64,000 bases of DNA, taken from Antedon mediterranea. Lineage: Eukaryota; Animalia; Echinodermata. The notes under the pieces are model-generated. The model saw nothing but the letters and a program-made list of their open reading frames with translations. It made no database searches and had not been told where the DNA came from. This document shows, one piece after another, positions 10,395 to 22,900 of the stretch (positions within the stretch are counted from its first letter, which is position 1; each line of letters starts with the position of its first letter). Position numbers and translations under genes: made by a program. The stretch is taken from contig NC_092675.1 of the NCBI RefSeq assembly GCF_964355755.1, forward strand, positions 14,232,912 through 14,296,911. Reading direction: 5' to 3'.

Positions 10395-13300
10395 AGACGT
10401 TTTAGACCATTTTGTGATTTTCGAAAAAACTTGTTAACATAAAAACACCAAAGTGCTTAGAATAATTTCAAATCGCATTTGGAGACGTTTTAGACCATTT
10501 TGTGATTTTTGAAAAAACTTGTTAACATAAAAACACCAAAGTGCTTAGAATAGCTTCAAATCGTATTTGGAGACGTTTTAGACCATTTTGTGATTTTCGA
10601 AAAAACTTGTTAACATAAAAACACCAAAGTGCTTAGAATTGCTTCAAATCGCATTTGGAGACGTTTTAGACCATTTTGTGCATTTCGATGAAACTTGGTT
10701 ACACAAAAACATCAAAGTGCTTAAAATCACATTATAAACCATTTTAGACCATTTTGAGCATTTCGATAACACTTTTCACACAAAAACATCAAAGAGCACA
10801 AAATAGCTTAATATCGTATTTAAAAACGTTTTAGACCATTTTGAGCATTTCGACAAAACTTTTTCACACAAAACACCAAAGTGCTTAGAATAGCTTCAAA
10901 TCGCATTTGGAGACGTTTTAGACCATTTTGTGATTTTCGAAAAAACTTGTTAACATAAAAACATCAAAGTGTACAGAATAACTTCAAATCGCATTTGGAG
11001 ACCGTTTTAGGCCAATTTGTGATTTTCGAAAAAACTTGTTAACCTAAAAATACCAAAGTGTTTAGAATAGCTTCAAATAGCATTTGGAGACGTTTTAGAC
11101 CATTTTGTGATTTTCGAAAAAACTTGTTAACATAAAAACACCAAAGTGCTTAGAATAGCTTCAAATCGCATTTGGAGACATTCTAGACCAATTTGTGATT
11201 TTTGAAAAAACTTGTTAACAAAAAAACACCAAAGTGCTTACAATAGCTTCAAATCGTATTTGGAGACGTTTTAGACCATTTTGTGATTTTCGAAAAAACT
11301 TGTTAACATAAAAACACCAAAGTACTTAGAATAGCTTCAAATCGCATTTGGAGACGTTTTAGACCATTTTGTGCATTTCGATGAAACTTGGTTACACAAA
11401 AACATCAAAGTGCTTAAAATCACATTATAAACCGTTTTAGACCATTTGAGCATTTCGATAACACTTTTAACACAAAAACATCAAAGAGCACAAAATAGCT
11501 TATTATCGTATTTAAAAACGTTTTAGACCATTTTGAGCATTTCGACAAAACTTTTTCACACAAAACACCAAAGTGCTTAGAATAGCTTCAAATCGCATTT
11601 GGAGACGTTTTAGACCAATTTGTGCATTTCAATGAAACTTGGTTACACAAAAACATCAAAGTGCTTAAAATCACATTATAAATCGTTTTAGACCATTTTG
11701 AGCATTTTGATAACACTTTTCACACAAAAACATCAAAGAGCACAAAATAGCTTAATATCGTATTTAAAAACGTTTTAGACCATTTTGAGCATTTCGACAA
11801 AACTTGTTAACATAAAAACACCAAAGTGCTTAGAATAGCGTCAAATCGTATTTGGAGACGTTTTAGACCATTTTGTGATTTTCGAAAAAACTTGTTAACA
11901 TAAAAACACCAAAGTGCTTAGAATAGCTTCAAATCGCATTTGGAGACGTTTTAGACCATTTTGTGCATTTCGATGAAACTTGGTTACACAAAAACATCAA
12001 AGTGCTTAAAATCACATTATAAATCGTTTTAGATCATTTTGTGCATTTCGACAAAACTTTTTTCACACAAAATACCAAAGTGCATAGAATAGCTTCAAAT
12101 CGCATTTGGAGACGTTTTAGACCATTTTGTGATTTTCGAAAAAACTTTTTAACATAAAAACACCAAAGTTCTTAGAATAGCTTAAAATCACATTTGGAGA
12201 CGTTTTAGACCATTTTGTGATTTTCGAAAAAACTTGTTAACATAAAAACACGAAAGTGCTTAGAATAGCTTCAAATCGCATTTGGAAGCGTTTTAGACCA
12301 TTTTGTGATTTTCGAAAAAAATTGTTAACATAAAAACACCAAAGTGCTTAGAATCACATTATAAACCGTTTTAGACCATTTTGAGCATTTCGATAACACT
12401 TTTCACACAAAAACATTAAAGAGCACAAAATAGCTTAATATCGTATTTAAAAACGTTTTAGACCATTTTGAGCATTTAGACAAAACTTTTTCAAACAAAA
12501 CACCAAAGTGCTTAGAATAGCTTCAAATCGCATTTGGAGACGTTTTAGAACATTTTGTGTTTTTCGAAAAAAACTGTTAACATAAAAACACCAAAGTGCT
12601 TAGAATAGCTTCAAATCGCATTTGGAGACGTTTTAGAACATTTTGTGTTTTTCGAAAAAACCTGTTAACATAAAAACACCAAAGTGCTTAGAATAGCTTC
12701 AAATCGCATTTGGAGACGCATTAAACCATTTTCTGATTTTTTGAAAAAACTTGTTAACATAAAAACACCAAAGTGCTTAGAATAGCTTCAAATCACATTT
12801 GGAGACTTTTTAGACCATTTTGTGATTTTCGAAAAAACTTGTTAACATAAAAACACCAAAGTGCTTAGAATAGCGTCAAATCGTATTTGGAGACGTTTTA
12901 GACCATTTTGTGATTTTCGAAAAAACTTGTTAACATAAAAACACCAAAGTGCTTAGAATAGCTTCAAATCGCATTTGGAGACGTTTTAGACCATTTTGTG
13001 TTTTTCGAAAAAACTTGGTTACACAAAAACATCAAAGTGCTTAAAATCACATTATAAACCGTTTTAGACCATTTTGAGCATTTCGATAACACTTTTCACA
13101 CAAAAACATCATAGAGCACAAAATAGCTTAATATCGTATTTAAAAACGTTTTAGACCATTTTGAGCATTTCGACAAAACTTGTTAACATAAAAACACCAA
13201 AGTGCTTAGAATGGCTTCAATCGCATTTGGAGACGCTTTAGACCATTTTGTGATTTTCGAAAAAAATTGTTAACATAAAAACACCAAAGTGCTTAGAATC

Positions 13301-16300
13301 ACATTATAAACCGTTTTAGACCATTTTGAGCATTTCGATAACAATTTTCACACAAAAACATCAAAGAGCACAAAATAGCTTAATATCGTATTTAAAAATG
13401 TTTTAGACCATTTTGAGCATTTAGAAAAAACTTTTTCACACAAAACACCAAAGTGCTTAGAATAGCTTCAAATCGTATTTGGAGACGTTTTAGACCATTT
13501 TGAGATTTTCGAAAAAACTTGGTTACACAAAAACATCAAAGTGCTTAAAATCACATTATAAACCGTTTTAGACCATTTTGAGCATTTCGATAACACTTTT
13601 CACACAAAAACATCAAAGAGCACAAAATAGCTTAATATCGTATTTAAAAACGTTTTAGACCATTTTGAGCATTTCGACAAAACTTTTTCACACAAAACAC
13701 CAAAGTGCTTAGAATAGCTTCAAATCGCATTTGGAGACGTTTTAGACCAATTTGTGCATTTCGATGAAACTTGATTACACAAAAACATCAAAGTGCTTAA
13801 AATCACATTATAAACCGTTTTAGACCATTTTGAGCATTTCGATAAAACTTTTCACACAAAAACATCAAAGAGCACAAAATAGCTTAATATCGTATTTAAA
13901 AACGTTTTAGACCATTTTGAGCATTTAGACAAAACTTTTTCACACAAAACTCCAAAGTGCTTAGAATAGCTTTAAATCGCATTTGGAGACGTTTTAGAAC
14001 ATTTTGTGTTTTTCGAAAAAACCTGTTAACATAAAAACACCAAAGTGCTTAGAATAGCTTCAAATCGCATTTGGAGACTATTTAGACCATTTTGTGATTT
14101 TTGAAAAAACTTGTTAACATAAAAACACGAAAGTGCTTAGAATAGCTTCAAATCGCATTTGGAAACATTTTAGACCATTTTGTGATTTTCGAAAAAGATT
14201 GTTAACATAAAAACACCAATGTGCTTAGAATCACATTATACACCGTTTTAGACCATTTTGAGCATTTCGATAACAATTTTCACACAAAAACATCAAAGAG
14301 CACAAAATAGCTTAATATCGTATTTAAAAATGTTTTAGACCATTTTGAGCATTTAGATAAAACTTTTTCACACAAAACACCAAAGTGCTTAGAATAGCTT
14401 CAAATCGCATTTGGAGACGGTTTAGAACATTTTGTGATTTTGAAAAAACTTGTTAACATAAAAACACCAAAGTGCTTAGAATAGCTTCAAATCGCATTTG
14501 GAGACGTTTTAGACCATTTTGTGATTTTCGAAAAAACTTGTTAACATAAAAACACCAAAGTGCTTAGAATAGCTTCAAATCACATTATAAACCGTTTTAG
14601 ACCATTTTGAGCATTTCGATAACACTTTTCACACAAAAACATGAAAGAGCACAAAATAGCTTAATATCGTATTTAAAAACGTTTTAGACCATTTTGAGCA
14701 TTTAGACAAAACTTTTTCACACAAAACACCAAAGTGCTTAGAATAGCTTCAAATCGCATTTGGAGACGTTTTAGACCATTTTGTGCATTTCGATGAAACT
14801 TGGTTACACAAAAACATCAAAGTGCTTAAAATCACATTATAAATCGTTTTAGACCATTTTGAGCATTTCGACAAAACTTTTTCACACAAAATACCAAAGT
14901 GCTTAGAATAGCTTCAAATCGCATTTGGAGACGTTTTAGACCATTTTGTGATTTTCGAAAAAACTTGTTAACATAAAAACACCAAAGTGTTTAGAATAGC
15001 TTCAAATCGCATTTGGAGACGTTTTAGACCAATTTGTGATTTTCGAAAAAACTTATCAACATAAAAACACCAAAGGGTTTAGAATAGCTTCAAATCGCAT
15101 TTTGAGACGTTTTAGACCATTTTGTGATTTTCGAAAAAACTTGTTAACATAAAAACACGAAAGTGCTTAGAATAGCTTCAAATCGCATTTGGAAACGTTT
15201 TAGACCATTTTGTGATTTTCGAAAAAACTTGTTAACATAAAAACACGAAAGTGCTTAGAATAGCTTCAAATCGCATTTGGAAACGTTTTAGACCATTTTG
15301 TGATTTTCGAAAAAAATTGTTAACATAAAAACACCAAAGTGCTTAGAATCACATTATAAACCGTTTTAGACCATTTTGAGCATTTCGATAACACTTTTCA
15401 CACAAAAACATCAAAGAGCACAAAATAGCTTAATATCGTATTTAAAAACGTTTTAGACCATTTTGAGCATTTCGACAAAACTTTTTCACACAAAACACCA
15501 AAGTGCTTAGAATAGCTTCAAATCGCATTTGGAGACGTTTTAGACCATTTTGTGATTTTCGAAAAAACTTGTTAACATAAAAACATCAAAGTGTACAGAA
15601 TAACTTCAAATCGCATTTGGAGACCGTTTTAGGCCAATTTGTGATTTTCGAAAAAACTTGTTAACCTAATAATACCAAAGTGTTTAGAATAGCTTCAAAT
15701 CGCATTTAGAGATGTTTTAGACCATTTTGTGATTTTCGAAAAAACTTGTTAACATAAAAACACCAAAGTGCTTAGAATAGCTTCAAATTGCATTTGGAGA
15801 CATTTTAGACCAATTTGTGATTTTTGAAAAAACTTGTTAACATAAAAACACCAAAGTGCTTACAATAGCTTCAAATCGTATTTGGAGACGTTTTAGACCA
15901 TTTTGTGATTTTCGAAAAAACTTGTTAACATAAAAACACCAAAGTACTTAGAATAGCTTCAAATCGCATTTGGAGACATTTTAGACCAATTTGTGATTTT
16001 TGAAAAAACTTGTAAACATAAAAACACCAAAGTGCTTACAATAGCTTCAAATCGTATTTGGAGACTATTTAGACCATTTTGTGATTTTTGAAAAAACTTG
16101 TTAACATAAAAACACGAAAGTGCTTAGAATAGCTTCAAATCGCATTTGGAAACGTTTTAGACCATTTTGTGATTTTCGAAAAAGATTGTTAACATAAAAA
16201 CACCAATGTGCTTAGAATCACATTATACACCGTTTTAGACCATTTTGAGCATTTCGATAACAATTTTCACACAAAAACATCAAAGAGCACAAAATAGCTT

Positions 16301-17978
16301 AATATCGTATTTAAAAATGTTTTAGACCATTTTGAGCATTTAGATAAAACTTTTTCACACAAAACACCAAAGTGCTTAGAATAGCTTCAAATCGCATTTG
16401 GAGACGGTTTAGAACATTTTGTGATTTTGAAAAAACTTGTTAACATAAAAACACCAAAGTGCTTAGAATAGCTTCAAATCGCATTTGGAGACGTTTTAGA
16501 CCATTTTGTGATTTTCGAAAAAACTTGTTAACATAAAAACACCAAAGTGCTTAGAATAGCTTCAAATCACATTATAAACCGTTTTAGACCATTTTGAGCA
16601 TTTCGATAACACTTTTCACACAAAAACATGAAAGAGCACAAAATAGCTTAATATCGTATTTAAAAACGTTTTAGACCATTTTGAGCATTTAGACAAAACT
16701 TTTTCACACAAAACACCAAAGTGCTTAGAATAGCTTCAAATCGCATTTGGAGACGTTTTAGACCATTTTGTGCATTTCGATGAAACTTGGTTACACAAAA
16801 ACATCAAAGTTCTTAAAATCACATTATAAATCGTTTTAGACCATTTTGAGCATTTCGACAAAACTTTTTCACACAAAATACCAAAGTGCTTAGAATAGCT
16901 TCAAATCGCATTTGGAGACGTTTTAGACCATTTTGTGATTTTCGAAAAAACTTGTTAACATAAAAACACCAAAGTGTTTAGAATAGCTTCAAATCGCATT
17001 TGGAGACGTTTTAGACCAATTTGTGATTTTCGAAAAAACTTATCAACATAAAAACACCAAAGGGTTTAGAATAGCTTCAAATCGCATTTTGAGACGTTTT
17101 AGACCATTTTGTGATTTTCGAAAAAACTTGTTAACATAAAAACACGAAAGTGCTTAGAATAGCTTCAAATCGCATTTGGAAACGTTTTAGACCATTTTGT
17201 GATTTTCGAAAAAACTTGTTAACATAAAAACACGAAAGTGCTTAGAATAGCTTCAAATCGCATTTGGAAACGTTTTAGACCATTTTGTGATTTTCGAAAA
17301 AAATTGTTAACATAAAAACACCAAAGTGCTTAGAATCACATTATAAACCGTTTTAGACCATTTTGAGCATTTCGATAACACTTTTCACACAAAAACATCA
17401 AAGAGCACAAAATAGCTTAATATCGTATTTAAAAACGTTTTAGACCATTTTGAGCATTTCGACAAAACTTTTTCACACAAAACACCAAAGTGCTTAGAAT
17501 AGCTTCAAATCGCATTTGGAGACGTTTTAGACCATTTTGTGATTTTCGAAAAAACTTGTTAACATAAAAACATCAAAGTGTACAGAATAACTTCAAATCG
17601 CATTTGGAGACCGTTTTAGGCCAATTTGTGATTTTCGAAAAAACTTGTTAACCTAATAATACCAAAGTGTTTAGAATAGCTTCAAATCGCATTTAGAGAT
17701 GTTTTAGACCATTTTGTGATTTTCGAAAAAACTTGTTAACATAAAAACACCAAAGTGCTTAGAATAGCTTCAAATTGCATTTGGAGACATTTTAGACCAA
17801 TTTGTGATTTTTGAAAAAACTTGTTAACATAAAAACACCAAAGTGCTTACAATAGCTTCAAATCGTATTTGGAGACGTTTTAGACCATTTTGTGATTTTC
17901 GAAAAAACTTGTTAACATAAAAACACCAAAGTACTTAGAATAGCTTCAAATCGCATTTGGAGACGTTTTAGACCATTT
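10395..17978. repeat. Satellite array (block 2)
   Basis: Same monomer family and orientation as block 1; resumes in register after the TSD. Confidence 0.99.
14078..17970. repeat. 1987-bp tandem block duplication (higher-order repeat) within the satellite
   Basis: Rare variants recur exactly 1987 bp apart: GAGACTATTT (14078/16065), CACCAATGTG (14220/16207), ACCTAATAATAC (15670/17657), CAAATTGCAT (15789/17776). Confidence 0.9.
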
Positions 17979-19951
17979 GTGACCCGATCTGGCAAAACCC
18001 TCTCTTTGTCGGCAATTCAAAATTCACGTAATCAGTCAAAATACGTCCAAATCGACTACCCTGGCAGATTACATGTTTTTGCATTTTCGAAATATTTCAC
18101 TATCTAAGAATACGTCTACCTGATTTAAACTCCCGAAATTTAACTAAAATTATGAAAAAAGAGAGTTTTAAAAACATGTATTTTCCTCAAGCCTAACAAT
18201 TTATTCACGATCTACGCTAAAATTTTGCGTAAATTCAGTTGAAAGTTGCCGAGTTTTACGACATTTTGATCGCCAGTTCGCTGCACAATGTTGAAAGGTC
18301 ACACATCAAAATAAAGCTCATCCATTTGACATTCCAAATATGGAAGTTTTAGGGCGGAGTTTAAAGAAGGAACCAATGAAAACTTTGATTTACTATGACA
18401 TCATTTCAGAAAATTCGGTTCTTCGAAGTTTCTGGAACAGCGAACTGCGTGTGTTGCTATGGCGCATCATCGCAATAACAAACGTTATTGGTCAACGCGC
18501 TAGATGTTATACGCTCTACGCGCGGAAATAAAAAGTTGTTTACATTTTTGTGAGGTTATTTTTATTTTACACACAGCATGTCGTAAATTGGAATAAAAAC
18601 GATTTTAATATTCAAAGTAAAGTGTTCTGCAATAGCTGTAGTGTGTATTTGTTTATTCCATAGTAAAATAGACAAGTCAAAAACAATTCACGTCATAAAT
18701 TCAATTGTATTTTCTATATTTTTTTGGGCTAGTAGGCCCTAGGCCTAATTTTATTATGGTTGTAGGCCTACTACTACTGGGCCTAGCTTTATATTATTGT
18801 CAATAGTTTTATTTATACATTTTATATATCCAATCGGCTCTTAATTATTTATTTAATTTATTATCCATTCCTTTCATATTAAATGTTTTTTTAAATCATT
18901 GGATTCAAGCCCAAACATCACAGCGAATCTTCCACGTTATAAAAAAAAACAAATGTAATCGTCAATACAGTGTAATGTTAGCTTGCAATTAGCTGTGACT
19001 CTGCAAGGCGCCTAACTTGTCTAGACTAACGCTAGCCCCCGTGTCGATGCACCGCTGCCATACACGGCCTGATGAACACCCATCATCAGTAGGTCTTAAT
19101 GCACTTGTCAATTGTATGACCCACTATACGACCCCCGGGAGAGGTGCGTCATTTGTCCGATGTGCGTCATACTTTTGAATACCATGACGCACCCGTGCGT
19201 CAAAAAGGTGACTTACCTTTAGGTGACCATGACGCACCCATTTTGACGCACTGTGACCATGTTGTTTATGATATGGTGGGTGGTAAAGTGACGGACATTG
19301 ACACACCTTGTTCATTGATGTGACGTACCATCTAGGTTTTTTTGACGCACCCCTGCGTCAGTAATTATTTGTAAATGATGCACCCATGACGCACCTCTCC
19401 CGGGGGTCGTATAGTGAGTCATACAATTGACAAGTGCATAATACAGGCGATGACGGCGAAAATCTGAATAGGCGCGCCTAGGCCTAGGCCTGCTTGGTTT
19501 TTTGCCGTTGATATCGTAAACACTTCCGAAACCAGTTAACATTAGCTTGGTAGTTATAATGCTGCTTTTCAATAGTGCAAAATAGTTAATTCGAGTGACT
19601 AAATAGGTTAAAACGGCGTCTGAAATCAGTCAAATTGACCATAGTGTCCACGCTGCTGCTATATCGCACACACTTCCTGGAATTACGTCATTGTGCCTAA
19701 ATAGCGCGTTGCTACGGAGTGAGTTTTCAGCGCGTATCAAAAAGAATTTCATTGCAAACTTCAAACGCGATTTTCTCGTAAACTAATTGAATGATTTGTA
19801 AGTTTTTAAAATATAATAACTTTTTAAATATTTACTCAATTTTTTTGAAATAAATACCATTGCAAAGCTTATGATTCAAATAATCCAAATATATAAAAAA
19901 ATACAAAATGAATATTTCCGACAAAAGTAGGGTTTTGCCAGATCGGGTCAC
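17979..19951. mobile_element. Non-autonomous TIR DNA transposon, Sola1-like, 1.97 kb (element 2)
   Basis: TIR GTGACCCGATCTGGCAAAACCCT is 23 bp perfect and extends to ~34 bp with TTTGTCGG. Flanked by ATTT/ATTT (17975-17978, 19952-19955), fitting the 4-bp AWWT target of Sola1. An alternative reading is TGTGAC..GTCACA with a TT duplication. No transposase is recognisable. Confidence 0.8.
19100..19438. mobile_element. 339-bp MITE nested in element 2 (PIF/Harbinger-like 3-bp TSD)
   Basis: 53-bp TIRs TGCACTTGTCAATTGTATGAC(C/T)CACTATACGACCCCCGGGAGAGGTGCGTCAT with one mismatch (19100-19152 and 19386-19438), flanked by TAA/TAA. The interior has repeated TGACGCA/TGCGTCA motifs. Confidence 0.88.
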
Positions 19952-22900
19952 ATTTTGTGATTTTCGAAAAAACTTGGTTACACAAAAACATCAAAGTGCT
20001 TAAAATCACATTATAAACCGTTTTAGACCATTTTGAGCATTTCGATAACACTTTTCACACAAAAACATCATAGAGCACAAAATAGCTTAATATCGTATTT
20101 AAAAACGTTTTAGACCATTTTGAGCATTTCGACTAAACTTGTTAACATAAAAACACCAAAGTGCTTAGAATGGCTTCAATCGCATTTGGAGACGCTTTAG
20201 ACCATTTTTGTGATTTTCGAAAAAAATTGTTAACATAAAAACACCAAAGTGCTTAGAATCACATTATAAACCGTTTTAGACCATTTTGAGCATTTCGATA
20301 ACAATTTTCACACAAAAACATCAAAGAGCACAAAATAGCTTAATATCGTATTTAAAAATGTTTTAGACCATTTTGAGCATTTAGAAAAAACTTTTTCACA
20401 CAAAACACCAAAGTGCTTAGAATAGCTTCAAATCGTATTTGGAGACGTTTTAGACCATTTTGAGATTTTCGAAAAAACTTGGTTACACAAAAACATCAAA
20501 GTGCTTAAAATCACATTATAAACCGTTTTAGGACATTTTGAGCATTTCGATAACACTTTTCACACAAAAACATCAAAGAGCACAAAATAGCTTAATATCG
20601 TATTTAAAAACGTTTTAGACCATTTTGAGCATTTCGACAAAACTTTTTCACACAAAACACCAAAGTGCTTAGAATAGCTTCAAATCGCATTTGGAGACGT
20701 TTTAGACCAATTTGTGCATTTCGATGAAACTTGGTTACACAAAAACATCAAAGTGCTTAAAATCACAATATAAATCGTTTTAGACCATTTTGAGCATTTC
20801 GATAACACTTTTCACACAAAAACATAAAAGAGCACAAAATAGCTTAATATCTTATTTAAAAACGTTTTAGACCATTTTGAGCATTTAGACAAAACTTTTT
20901 CACACAAAACACCAAAGTGCTTAGAATAGCTTCAAATCGCATTTGGAGACGTTTTAGACCATTTTGTGATTTTCAAAAAAACTTGTTAACATAAAAACAC
21001 CAAAGTGCTTAGAATAGCTTCAAATCGTATTTGGAGACGTTTTAGACCATTTTGTGATTTTCGAAAAAACTTGTTAACATAAAAACACCAAAGTGCTTAG
21101 AATAGCTTCAAATCGCATTTGGAGACATTTTAGACCAATTTGTGATTTTCGAAAAAAACTTGTCAACATAAAAACACCAAAGTGTTTAGAATAGCTTCAA
21201 ATCGCATTTGGAGACGTTTTAGACCAATTTGTGATTTTCGAAAAAACTTATCAACATAAAAACACCAAAGGGTTTAGAATAGCTTCAAATCGCATTTTGA
21301 GACGTTTTAGACCATTTTGTGATTTTCGAAAAAACTTGTTAACATAAAAACACGAAAGTGCTTAGAATAGCTTCAAATCGCATTTGGAAACGTTTTAGAC
21401 CATTTTGTGATTTTCGAAAAAACTTGTGAACATAAAAACACGAAAGTGCTTAGAATAGCTTCAAATCGCATTTGGAAACGTTTTAGACCATTTTGTGATT
21501 TTCGAAAAAAATTGTTAACATAAAAACACCAAAGTGCTTAGAATCACATTATAAACCGTTTTAGACCATTTTGAGCATTTCGATAACAATTTTCACACAA
21601 AAACATCAAAGAGCACAAAATAGCTTAATATCGTATTTAAAAATGTTTTAGACCATTTTGAGCATTTGGATAAAACTTTTTCACACAAAACACCAAAGTG
21701 CTTAGAATAGCTTCAAATCGCATTTGGAGACGTTTTAGACCATTTTGTGATTTTTGAAAAAAATTGTTAACATAAAAACACCAAAGTGCTTAGAATAGCT
21801 TCAAATCACATTTGTAGACGTTTTAGACCATTTTGTGATTTTCGAAAAAACTTGTTAACATAAAAACACGAAAGTGCTTAGAATAGCTTCAAATCGCATT
21901 TGGAAACGTTTTAGACCATTTTGTGATTTTCGAAAAAACTTGTTAACATAAAAACACCAAAGTGCTTAGAATAGCTTCAAATCGCATTTGGAAACGTTTT
22001 AGACCATTTTGTGATTTTCGAAAAAAATTGTTAACATAAAAACACCAAAGTGCTTAGAATCACATTATAAACCGTTTTAGACCATTTTGAGCATTTCGAT
22101 AACAATTTTCACACAAAAACATCAAAGAGCAAAAAATAGCTTAATATCGTATTTAAAAATGTTTTAGACCATTTTGAGCATTTGGATAAAACTTTTTCAC
22201 ACAAAACACCAAAGTGCTTAGAATAGCTTCAAATCGCATTTGGAGACGTGTTAGACCATTTTGTGATTTTTGAAAAAACTTGTTAACATAAAAACACCAA
22301 AGTGCTTAGAATAGCTTCAAATCACATTTGGAGACGTTTTAGACCATTTTGTGATTTTCGAAAAAACTTAACATAAAAACACGAAAGTGCTTAGAATAGC
22401 TTCAAATCGCATTTGGAAACGTTTTAGACCATTTTGTGATTTTCGAAAAAACTTGTTAACATAAAAACACCAAAGTGCTTAGAATAGCTTCAAATCGCAT
22501 TTGGAAACGTTTTAGACCATTTTGTGATTTTCGAAAAAAATTGTTAACATAAAAACACCAAAGTGCTTAGAATCACATTATAAACCGTTTTAGACCATTT
22601 TGAGCTTTTCGATAACAATTTTCACACAAAAACATCAAAGAGCACAAAATAGCTTAATATCGTATTTAAAAATGTTTTAGACCATTTTGAGAATTAGATA
22701 AAACTTTTTCACACAAAACACCAAAGTGCTTAGAATAGCTTCAAATCGCATTTGGAGACGTTTTAGACCATTTTGTGATTTTTGAAAAAACTTGTTAACA
22801 TAAAAACACCAAAGTGCTTAGAATAGCTTCAAATCACATTTGGAGAGGTTTTAGACCATTTTGTGATTTTTGAAAAAACTTGTTAACATAAAAACACGAA

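Noticed and set aside
6672-10398. 5-bp TSD (GAGAC; GTGCT for element 3), which would indicate a true Transib/ProtoRAG
   Set aside because: This reading requires dropping the terminal G so that the ends are CAC...GT. Symmetric CAC...GTG ends give 4 bp in both elements, and no RSS nonamer (ACAAAAACC) follows the termini.
19410-19421. T7 promoter-like TATAGTGAGTC (vector contamination)
   Set aside because: Only a partial match. It is part of the MITE TIR and is mirrored, with one mismatch, at the other end.
10197-20051. ORFs 10197..10442, 18340..18531, 19124..19315, 19312..19572 and 19869..20051
   Set aside because: Chance frames crossing TIRs, MITE sequence or satellite, with no protein signal.
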